Assembly (NCBI GenBank): GCA_050084515.1
Contig: CM114271.1
Span: forward strand, 1,798,001-1,862,000
Direction of reading: 5' to 3'
Origin: Blasia pusilla
Lineage: Eukaryota
Length of the DNA: 64,000 bases
The translations under genes and the position numbers were made by a program. Positions 25,043-35,954 of this stretch are shown here, in pieces (position 1 is the first letter of the stretch; each line of letters begins with the position of its first letter). The notes beneath the pieces were generated by a model. The model worked only from the letters and a program-made list of their open reading frames with translations, ran no database searches and was not told the DNA's origin.

Positions 25043-27250
25043 CAAGAGATTGAGGCATGGCGACTCTACTATGACCCACACTATATGTCATGGATGGAGC
25101 CGTTCCGAGATGAGGAGGAGGAGTTAGGAGAGGCTACTTCCTCTTCCACTTGTGATGTTTTAGGAGGGGTCACTCGCACTGGAAGAGTTGGACCGTCTAG
25201 CCGGGTTCGTCCCAGGTTCAACCCCGTGGTTGTGTTCTTTGCTAAGTTGAGGGCGAGCTACTAGGGGTACAGACGGAGAAGTTGTGGAGCATCCATGACT
25301 TGCAGAGGTGCCCGGTGAGAGTTTGCATGAGGCTTACATTCGCTTGCGCCGGTTGATCAACGTCATTCAGGGGGTGACAGAGGCTCAGGCTATCCAGTCA
25401 TGGTATGCGATGCTGGACCGGATCTTGTGGACACGAGTACGAGAGGGGTGCTTCTTATGAACACCTCCCCTACGTTGAGAGACGGTTTTAGGACCGCCGA
25501 GAACATTGAGCGCAACATGGTGGAGGAGAGCGTAGCCACCATGGGTTCTAGGCGAGAGCAGTCACGATTATCTGCACCACGAGTACAACAACGTGGACTC
25601 CAAGAAAGGTCGAGTGTGGAACCATGAGCTCAAGGAGGATATCGGGAGGCCGTGCCGCAGAGACGTACGCCTTCATATGCGGGTCAGTAGCAGCCGCCTA
25701 CGATTACTTGTTGGTCATGTGGTGGAGCCCATCATCAGCGTGATTGCACTCATCAGGGACATGGACGTGTGCCTCAGCATGAACGAGGAGATGGTGCTGC
25801 ACCAAGAGGTTATCAGTGTGACTATTGTCAGAAGTATGGTCACACATGCACAAGGTGTTTCAGTTTACACCCTGAGTTATGTCCGAGCGAGGGCCAGAGA
25901 GGACACCACAGCAAGTTATTGGTCCGGGTGGGCCTAGAGGACGTGCACGAAGTGGTCTTATTGGGGGACGAGGAGGTGGAATTGCCCGACAGGGTGGTGG
26001 AGCTGCTAGTGGAGGAGGTAGAGTCCCACCACCTAGACGCGTCGAGGGAGACGTCAGGCGTGAGGTTGGGATAGCTGCTTAGATACAACAACTACAGGAG
26101 CAGATTGCCGGTATGGCATTGAGGTTACCCGATGCCGGATCCATGGCATTGACATCATATGGAGCACCCAAAGATATGGAGGATCCTGGTTGGATGTGCG
26201 GGGTTGCCCAGATGGAGGCCGCCATAGTTGTGACGCGTGGAGCAACCGCAGAGTTGGATCCACAGCGAGGGGAAGCCAGGAAATAGACCACGTTTCCTTA
26301 ATCTTTCACGTTGTGCGAGGCAATGAGGATCCCATCGATGGGTCTTGATCAAAGTTCCCGGAGAGTTAATGATATTATTGGTGTGCAGGCACGGAGGGAA
26401 ATGAGAGAAATGAGTGGGACGACTCCTATTGCTAATGCTCAGGAGGAGCATGTGTCGAGTACGATGTTGGGGGCAGCCACGATGGTGTACTATGCTCCGC
26501 TGTTTATTGCTTCCGATGTTATGACGTTGGGAGGTACGTCCGTCAAGGTTTTTTGGCTAGCCGCTATGCTATGTGAGCGTGGAGTTGGAGTTCTTGCATC
26601 ACGTTCAAAGGAGGTGATGGACCTGCCCTTGGCGCGGATGCTCAAGCCGTCCATGTTAGATTCATCATAGGTTACGGCTGCTAGGATGGTGGAGATGCTG
26701 GCTAGACCCGCGATAGAGCGTGCCATGGCTTCTCCTGGTGTTGTGTTGTTGGATAACCGGGGAGAGGTCTTCCAGTTGGTGAGTCTAGGAGGTAGAGCTT
26801 TTAGTCCACAGCGCGTCTTGTTGGATTCAGGAGCGCAATCCCTGATATTGGGGAAAGCGTTATTTAGAGGATTGGGCTTGAAAAGAGCCGATATGGAGCG
26901 TTGTCCATACAAACATCCTTGGGTGGAGCGAGTACCACACAGTGTATTACCCGACAAGAGATAGTGGTGAGGATTTGCCCAGGATATCCTACAGATGAGT
27001 TGTGGTGCGAGCCAAGGTGATAGTGATTGATGTAGAGTCCTACGACATCTTAGTTGGTGGAGCAGTGTTATACCTGATGGCGTTTTCCCTGGATTAATGG
27101 GAGGAGTCAGCATCCTACAAACCAGGATGGCAGTCAGGTGATGGGCGCTTTAGCTCATTACCTATTTGATTCACAGGTGCAATGATTGAGCGACGACGAG
27201 GAGAGATGGCGACCTTAGCAGCATTTAGCAATGCCATCACTTGGCCTAGT
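25043..27250 (+). pseudogene. gag 3' part (two zinc knuckles) and aspartic protease
   Basis: Knuckles CWSCGGAHHQRDC (about 25708) and CDYCQKYGHTCTRC (about 25817); protease motif RVLLDSGAQSLILG (about 26812). Confidence 0.85.
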
Positions 27251-27522
27251 GATTTGATTGAGGGGCATGTCCATGCAGAGGATATTCCCGTTCTTGACAT
27301 TTCTATGGAGAGGAGTGTCATGGTAGCCACATGAGTCCGTGGAGGAGAGGTGCCGCTTTGGGGCTCGACTGAGGAGCTTCGATGCTTAGCCACTTAGCAT
27401 GTGCAGACCGCGTGGAACGAGACGTTTGCACTAGAGTGTGACGGGTCAGACCCCAAATAGGCAAGAGTGCTGCTATGACTCTTTTGGACACCACCCCGAT
27501 TGTGTGGTGCATCCCAGAGGAG

Positions 27523-28480
27523 GATATTTGGGTGTTGGATTTCTTTGGAAGGATCAGCACTAGGTTAGCTGGTATTTTGCAGGCTGGAGTGCGTGTGCAG
27601 TAGTAGCTATATGTGGAGATTGATGATATTGCAAGGCGCGCTTCACTTCACCATGTGGCGTAATTACGCCTCTGTTTTCCAGACTTGTTGTATACGTCCG
27701 CCATTCCGGATTACCAGAGTTCCCTACCGAGGGACATTTCATTGTTGGGGGTGCAAGACTTAGAGCGGGTAGGGACCATAGACTTGGTCATTGGTGGTTG
27801 GCCATATCAGGGCCAGTCGAGTGCTAGACGGGGTATCGGATTAGTTGACTCTTGGTCCAGGTTGTTTTGGGAGATGATGCGGATCTTGCGACATTTGTAG
27901 GATCATCATTCTTATCCTCCACCATACATTGTGGAGAATGTGGCGATTTTGGGAGATTCGAGGTCCCGTGTGGTGACAAGTGTACATCAAGTGCGCGCAT
28001 GGATCGGCACGGCAATTTTGTTGGATGTGGCGAGTGTGGGTTCACGAGCACATCGCCCGCGTCTTTGGTGGACCAACTTGGTACCACACGAGGTGTTGCG
28101 GAGGGCATATGCGAGAGTGGAGCGCCCCTCCGATTTGTTGGTGGATTCTATATTGGATCCATGCCATCAATCACAGGCATTGAGGCTAAATGATCAACCT
28201 CTGTTGACTGTGGTCAACAGGATTGGCATGCCACGGGCAACCTTTCCTACATTGGTGAGTTTTCTTGCTTCCTATGCATTCAAGGAGGCCGGACCTGGCT
28301 TGGTTTGGGATGACCAAGTACAGAGGTTGGTTGAGCCCAACGCCGATGAGCAAGAGCGAGTGATGGGATTCCCCATAGGAGTGACGGCAGATACTGTCAC
28401 TATCAGAGGCATCATGACGTCATGTCTTGGGTCAGGCGATAGACCTGAATTGCTTGACATGGATTTTCAGCTTAGGAGTA
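27523..28480 (+). pseudogene. DNMT3-like C5-cytosine DNA methyltransferase domain inside pol
   Basis: Motifs in order: I VLDFFGRIS, II YVEID, III RDI, IV DLVIGGWPYQG (PC changed to PY), VI YIVENV, VIII SRAHRPRLWWTNL, IX EQERVMGFP, X LGQAIDLNCLTWIF (after a frameshift). Confidence 0.9.
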
Positions 28481-28859
28481 GCTGAGCAACGTCATTTGAG
28501 GATGCGACAGATCACAGAAGTTGCGTTGGTGAGCCCCATGCCTACCAAGACGGTTGAGGCAGTGGCTGGGGGCGAGACCCGAGGAGATTGACACACCAAG
28601 GGTGATCAGGAGAGACACCCTTGGACTTCTTGGGATGTTTTGCAGGTACGCTAAGAGATGGTAGCCACAACATCGAGCGTGGTTCCGGATACTGCACATG
28701 GATATCCAATTTTGCAGTTGGATGTAGGGGAGCAGTCGAGTTTTATTGTTCGAGATGGGGTTGCACCATAGCAACCACCGGCACCCACGCCGGATAGTCC
28801 TACCGTAGTCACGATGGAGACTTGGGAGCCAGATATGGGCCCTAAGTTGGCAGGAGGAG

Positions 28860-31823
28860 AGCGGCGCCGGATACACCAGTTCCTAAGGAGTTATAGGAGC
28901 TATTTTTCATTTAGTATGCATGATTTGGGTACGTTAAAGGGTCCAGGGATCCGCATTGAGTTGTCGAGTGACACGTCGATCTTCCGATGACCCTACAGGT
29001 ACAGTGACATGGAGAGGGCTTTGATTCAGAGTAGGAGCCAAGACTTGGTTGGAGCAGGACTAGTAGAGATGTCTTATGGAGAGTATGCATCTGCCACTGT
29101 CATGCCCGCCAAGAAGGATGTGCATGGCAACTCGACGGATAGGCGGATATGTGGAGATTACCGACCTATCAATTGGCAGACAAAGTCCGATAGGTATGCC
29201 ATGCCCACGCTTGAGGATATCTTTGATGCGATTGGGCATGCAAAGGTCTTCAGTTCATTGGATTTGCGAGCTTGATACCATCAGCTGCCTATATGATTGG
29301 AGACTGGCAGAAGACAACAGTTTGGGGCATCAATCCACACGGGAAGGATTGTTTGTACCAATGGCGGTTCTTACCGTTCGGGTTAAAGAACGCCCCGGCT
29401 GAGTTTCAGAGGGTCATGGATAGGATCTTGGCAGGTCTAGATTTTGCTAGGTGTTATATTGATGACATCTTTTGATGATTGCAGTTACATGGGCTGAAGC
29501 TACATCCAAGAAAGTGCATGTTCTTCTACGACCATATTGAGTACTTAGGTCATACGATATACCCAGGGGGCCTTGGTGTGCAGTGGACGAAGGTAGAGGC
29601 TATTTTCACGCATTCCACGCCCTACAAATATGAGTCGAGTTTGTGCATTCATGTGATTGGCAAGCTTCTATCGACCGTACGTCAAAGGGTTTTAGTTTGA
29701 TTGCAAAGCCGCTAACCTTGCTGACCAAAGTGGATCAAGAGTGGCAGTGGGGGGATGAGCAGGAGAGATCATTTCAGCTGCTCAAGGATAGATTGACGTC
29801 CCCGCCCATTTTGAGAAGACCAATCACGGGGCGTCCTTTCTAGTTGCATACCGATTGGAGTATGTTGGAGCTTCGAGCCGTGCTCACCCAACATGACGAT
29901 GATGGTAGAGAGTTTGTGGTGGCTTAAGCTAGTCGCTTGAACAACAATGCAAAGGCAAAGTATAGCGTGTATGAGGGTGAGTGCTTGGATGCAGTGTGGC
30001 TTGTTGCACATTTCAGATGTTATATATTCGGCAATCCCTTTACCATCATTTCTGATCATCAGCCACTTAAGTGGTTGATGGAGTTCGACAAGCTTACAGG
30101 GAAGCTTGTGAGGTGGGCTCTTTTGTTGCAAGAGTATGACTTCTAGGTGGTGCATAGACCTAGGACGCTCAACCAAGATGTAGAGGGTTTGAGCCGTAAT
30201 CCATGCTAGAGTCACCGAGATGCAACTGGAGCTTGTTGGCATGGTGAGAGTGATGAGGAGTTGGTGCCAAGATGACACACATCAGCTTATTTGGGCTTGT
30301 TGGCTATGGGGAGCCATATTGCTGAAACTTTGATGACGAGGTTGATGGAGAGTCCTTAGATCGAGAGGCCGGTGAGGATACGACAGGTGGCCGAGACATT
30401 CATGATGATGGAGTACCTGTGTACTAGCAACGTCGTGAGCACAATGGGTGCTAGAGAGCGAGATCAGATCCTACAGTGAGCCAAACGGTTCCGATGGGAG
30501 GGGACACATGTGTTGCGAGTGTGGGAGGATGGTCGAGTGCGTGTAGTTCCTCATCCTTCATAGAGAGCACGTTTGGTGCGTCATACCTACAAGGAGTTGG
30601 GTCATTTTGGAGTGAAGCAGACGTACAACTTGCTCCAAATTCAGTATTGGTGGCGACGCATGCAGAATGACGTTCAACAATTTTGTTGCCAGATGCATGG
30701 TGTGTGATCGAGTCCAAGCATCGTTCAATGCTCCGACTCCATAGTTGCATCCACTTTCGATCATGGGTTTAGGTTATAGACGGAGTTTGGATTTTGCAAG
30801 ACCTTTGCCTTTGACAGAGCGCCATAGTCGTTATGTGTTGGTGATGGTCGAGTACTTCTCGAAGTGGATAGAGTTTGTTGCATTGCTTGACAAAGCGAGT
30901 GAGGGAGTAGGATATGCCTTCCTCGATTGAGTGTTGAGTCATTACGGTGCACTAGCTGAGGTGTTGACAGACCAAGGTATAGAGTTCCACGGGGAGTTCA
31001 GGCCTTGTGTGATCAGGCACTGATCGACCATCGCACTACTTTGCGAGATCATCATGAAGCAAATGGACTAGCGGAGCGGGTTGTGCAGACAGTGAAGAGA
31101 GGACAACGCAAATATGGCTTGCAGAGAGGTCACCTAGGATATTAAGACCTCCACTTGCCGTGGTTGGCGATGGGATACAGATTCAGCAGGCAGGCATCCT
31201 TAGCGTCTTTCTCACCGTACTTGCTTTTGTATGGCTGAGAGCCAGATTTACCTGCGGCCATTTGTTGAGATGTTGGTGAGGTGTTGAACCTTGATGATCT
31301 GATGTATGGATGCGAGCATGTTCTTAGAGGGCTGAATTATTTCGGAGAGTGATGCCCATGGTGTTTGAGAACTTGGCGATTGCGCAACATTGGGATACAT
31401 TGAGGTATGTGACTATTTGGGGGATGGTTATCAATCTACTATCCGGAGGTTTCATAAAGGAGACTATGTCTACTTGCAGCAGACGGCACCCACGACGTTG
31501 GATGTGACTGTAGGGCGCACCATCTTGAGAGTGTGTGAGGTTTTGCCATCAAGTGTTCTCTTATTGGAAGGACGCGATTGTATGGTTTGGAAGGACTATG
31601 TGTGTAACTATGCGCAGTGTCACCTTCCGAACATTGATGGTTTGATTAATCGAGCTTAGCAGTAGTTCTTGCAGGCTTGCGATGTATGTTATGTGGTTCT
31701 ACCCGTGGTGCAGCCACTATGCTAGTCTGTGATGGATGTTCGAGAGGATGGCATATGGCATGTTTGACGCCACCTCTCACTAGGGTTCCTCAGGGACGAT
31801 GGATGAGTTCCAGATGTACATAG
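28860..31823 (+). pseudogene. Reverse transcriptase, RNase H, integrase and PHD finger
   Basis: RT: RRICGDYRPIN, FSSLDL, LPFGLKNAPAEFQ, YIDD. RNase H: HTDWS, YSVYEGECL, SDHQPLKWL. Integrase: LDFARPLP, VEYFSKW, TDQGIEF, NGLAER. PHD: CMLCGSTRGAATMLVCDGCSRGWHMACLTPPL. Confidence 0.95.
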
Positions 31824-32726
31824 CATAGGTAGTTCTACATTCCTACTTGTGTCTGTGAGATGGATGACAAGAAGGCGACTAACGATGGGGCCACATGAGC
31901 ACCCGGCTTTCTTGCTCTTAGTGTCCGAGAGATGTATGTCATGGTTGGTAGGGATAGATGGCTATATGGAGTTAGAGGGACCTAACCACCAGCTAGGGGG
32001 GTGATTGGAGATATTTTCATACTTCTTGTCTCATTGTTTGGATGCCATGAGTTAGCATGGGATCGTGTGTGTGTTCGGTGACAGCGATGTGAATGTGCAT
32101 GACAACACCTTTGTGTTTGACATATGGTGGTGGAACAAGAAGAAATATTTTGGTGCAAGAAAATATGTTTTTGAATTTTTGGGAAATCATTTATTTTCTA
32201 TGGGGAAGGATGCAAGAAGTCTAAGTTTTTTTTTTTGTTTATTAAGTTATTGTAGACCACCATACACGAATGGATGATATTTTGGATTTGTTTGGCTTTG
32301 ACACGTGTCTTTGCTTCAAATTAAAACAGATTATGTAATAGTTTTCGCCCTACACACTATTTTCTATGCACAATATTATTTGTTACACAAGCACCTTTCC
32401 AATATATAGAAACATAGACCAATACAATATGCAACCTCCTTCATGTGAGGTTAACAAATTCTACAAATTGCATTTCTTATGTGATTTCCCCATTTGTTGT
32501 ACTTCTCATGGGTTCCCCCATCTCCCTTACATGCAAGGGAAACATGAAAGTGGGCATGGTAGGAAAGTCTTCACCAAATCTAGAGTGACTTCGTTGGAGA
32601 CTTGGATCCTCATGAACATAAAACTGTATTGCTCTGCGATTTTTGGCATTCATTATGGGCAATGGAAACTTGAAAGTGGGAAGAGAGTTTCCTCTCCAAA
32701 TTGGATTGACTCCTTTAGATGTTTTT

Positions 32727-32967
32727 GATCCTAAGGGCTAGATCCCATGCATGTGGGGTCGCGGCGACCATAAATGGTCGCCAATTTTTCTGCGCCCAAA
32801 ACTTTTGGGCGCAGAAATGGCTCAGCATCCTAGCGACCTCAACCTAGATGATAACTGAAAGTAGTTATGAAGTACCCATTCATTTTGTACTTTTTCCATT
32901 GGAAAATTTTTTTGGGCGCAAAAATGAGGTCGCCGCAACCTCCGTGCGTGTCCATGGGATTAGGATC
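32727..32967. mobile_element. MITE-like element
   Basis: Imperfect terminal inverted repeats GATCCTAA...ATCCCATG...GGT.GCGGCGACC, and internal palindromes such as TTTCTGCGCCCAAAACTTTTGGGCGCAGAAA. Confidence 0.55.
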
Positions 32968-33323
32968 TAAGAGTTGGATAACTTGGATCCTAGGTGGGTA
33001 GCGTCCTTACCACCCATTGTTGAATTTTCCAAGCCCAAAATTTTTGGACATAGGAAATATCCAATGACTCTCATAAGGGCTTTTGCTATGTTATTATATG
33101 TATCTATATTATAATTGGCTACCCAATAGGACAAAATAGTGATATAATAAGACAAAATAATAATAACTTTGAAGTTTTGAACCTTAATTCACACTTGATA
33201 AGGATTAATCACCCTTATAAGGTACACGTTGTTGTTTTTGCTCATCATGTAGGCTATCAACGTGTATATTAGTTACTTTCTTCCCCCACCCCTCTCAAAG
33301 GCCGCACACCGGTTACTTATCTA

Positions 33324-33569
33324 CTAGTAAGGACCAGTGCGATATACGGATCCCTTATTAATAGTTTATGCCTAAACGTAACTCTCCTTACCAATTTTTA
33401 TATGACCCCCTTCAAAGGGGGTCATATAAAATTGAAAGAAGACCCAAAGTATTTTTGAAAGAAGTTTAGTGATACGTGTCAGACCCAAAGTATTTTTGAA
33501 AGAAGTTTAGTGATACGTGTCAGACAGAGGAGGAGCTATAGAAACTGCACTCTCCAATAATAACATAGA
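33324..33569 (-). mobile_element. Non-autonomous mini-Helitron
   Basis: Minus strand A|TCTATGTTATTATTGGAGAGTG ... subterminal hairpin, CTAG|T. Contains a 41-bp tandem duplication (33440-33521) and a 17-bp-stem hairpin near 33396-33431. Confidence 0.7.
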
Positions 33570-35954
33570 TAATATATTGGAGAGTGCCTTGTTGATTTGC
33601 AAACACCTCTTTGATTGACATGTGACAACTGGACAACAAGAAAATATTTACCCCTTACAGATAACAAGAAAAAGATTTTGTGTGGAACATGATTAGTCCC
33701 TTCATTCGTGTGCATGGTATGAGCTGCCCACTAGTCATTTTGGTGCGCAAGCACGTGCATGTTCACTAGTTATTATATGGTTAGTTTGGATGGCCGCCGC
33801 TACTTGCACAACCTTGGGATTCGACCCTTAGGATCAGAAACATGTCAAGCATTTTATTCCAATTCGGAGAGGGCGTTCTTGCCATCCCACTTTCAAGTTT
33901 CCATTTTGCAGTTCTACATAATGAATGTGGAACTGCTCCACTCCACTCTTTATGGCCCCTACTGTATTTGAGCCGCGAGTGCATGGGCTGCAAAAGAAAA
34001 GTCATTTTACAGAATTCTCAATCCTCCCATGTGAATTTATGGATAATTTATGTCCTTTCCGAACTAATTACTCCCCCGTGTTAATATTAATGCTTTCCCC
34101 ACAATAATATTAACGCTTTCCCATGCTTCTTCTCGCCGTGTTGTATTCTCTTACCATCATGTTACCCTCTAAGTTGCATCCCACGGTGTTAGGCTTTGCC
34201 CTCGTTTCCCACCGTATCAGTCTAGTCTCCTACCCCATTAGTCCTAAACCCTCTCCCTGAACCCTATTTAAAAACCCGTAATACATAGTTCAATCGCTCC
34301 ACGATTTCCGGCGAGTCAGGCGGCGGACAAGATTGGATCGCTTGTCATAATCCGGAGTCATTCGGGTCCGATTCGTTCTAATGGGATCGTGAGTGAGATG
34401 GTGGACATGTGGAAACTGCGGAGTTAGTCCGATGGAACTCATTCGAACGGGATGGGGAGTGGGAAGCCGGACGAAATCGAACTGCCCCTTGTAATAGGAA
34501 GCAGTTCAGGTCGAGTTCGTTGATCCCAGGGAGTATTAGAGCTGCCTACATCCGAGTTCAGCTATGAGGTTGCGGTGGAAACCCTAGTCCGATTAGATCA
34601 GGTCTGGAAATGAAAGTGCGAGTGTGGTAGACATAAGGATCCACGTTGAGTAGCTTTCATTGCGCGTACCTTAGCTTTCGTAGCGCATAGGTGTTCGCAA
34701 TGGAGGGGTCGAGTATGGTGGCCGCCACAAATGGAAATCCGCTCTACTCAGGATATGAGCCGTGCAGTATTGGAAGGCGAAGTGAAGCGAGAGATCATCC
34801 TCAAACTTGCATGGCTGCATCGAAGGAGAGTGGTAGCGAAACTGACATAGCTGCAGGGTGTCAACCCAACTGAGCAGTAGATGCCCACCGTATGACAACG
34901 ACTTCCAAGAATTATGCTCGGTGCAGCCTTTTCGACATCTTGATGACAAAGGGGCTAGTTGTTGGCATCCACCATCCGAATTGAGCTTTCATAGGCTGGC
35001 AAAGCCACAACCACTTCACTGCAAGAATAGCATGCATACGTAATCCAGACTAGATCACACGACAGTTCAAAAGAGATGAACAATACGAAGGGGAAATGAT
35101 GGTTGAGAGTACAAAGCATGTAAGTGGGCAGAGGGTGAAAATTTCGAGAGTCGATATCAAATGATTGAAGATCCATCCAAGGATTCGCACAGAACTTAAG
35201 TCGCGGGCACTGGCCGATGTAAATATCTAAAAATCACGATATGGAGTACAAAGACATGGGATCCATTTTATCGTCCACACAGATTCTGAAAGAAGAGGGA
35301 CTGGGCTAACTGTTGTGCAAGGTTTGCCCGTTAAATCTATTTTATTGGTAGAATCTTGGACTACTTATCTAAGGCCTCATATGCGATTGCTTACACCGCA
35401 CCAGAACTCCCTCTCAAAAATAGTTCAACTCCATCCTAATACACCTAAACCATGCGCCTTCGAATCTTGCATTGATTTCAAGTAAATTACATCGGTTGCT
35501 AATTAGCATTTGGCCATTGGACAGCTTACGTCTAACAAATAATCCATTGAAAAAATGGAGATGCACCCCAGCTGACATTCAGACTCTTTGGGTATCAACT
35601 TTTCTGACTGATAGCTACCAATTTGTCGACACTATCTACCACGGCAGATAATAGAATTGCTTTCTCTGTTAATTGCTTGGGCCTGATGGACTCCAGGCCA
35701 TCCACACTATTTTCTGAGCCGTTTCCAAAAGTGCAAGAAACACTGATTGCTTGCAGCCCATTATAACGAGGTGAAAGCACCTTATGGTGACTTTCACATT
35801 GATTTCTTATCCACTGAGATTACTAACAGATCATATGACAGTCATAGTTCTGCTAGAGTGGACATCCATTCAGAAACTCCTGGCTAGCATTCCTCAGATC
35901 ATCAGCATTTGACATGCCGGCTAAAAGCCTAACCACAGGTGTCCACATCACACA

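Larger units (their letters stand above)
10283..32104 (+). mobile_element. Ty3/gypsy-type retroelement (copy 2), gag-PR-DNMT-RT-RH-IN-PHD, decayed and interrupted by a Mutator-like insertion
   Basis: Domain motifs occur in Ty3 order. Proposed termini TGTC (10283) and GACA (32104) are both flanked by ACAC. Boundaries are less certain than the domain content. Confidence 0.8.

Noticed and set aside
18274-28480. Bacterial restriction-modification or partition locus from contamination
   Set aside because: The ParB/amino-MTase-like gene has GT-AG introns and lies in a TSD-bounded eukaryotic transposon, the C5-MTase sits within a retroelement pol, and both are contiguous with intron-rich plant genes.
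34240-35700. Possible telomerase RNA, snRNA or small gene (CTAAACCCT, TATTTAAA, 60-aa ORFs)
   Set aside because: No properly spaced USE/TATA promoter and no recognisable RNA or protein motifs. The CTAAACCCT is more simply a telo-box. Transcription cannot be judged from sequence alone.
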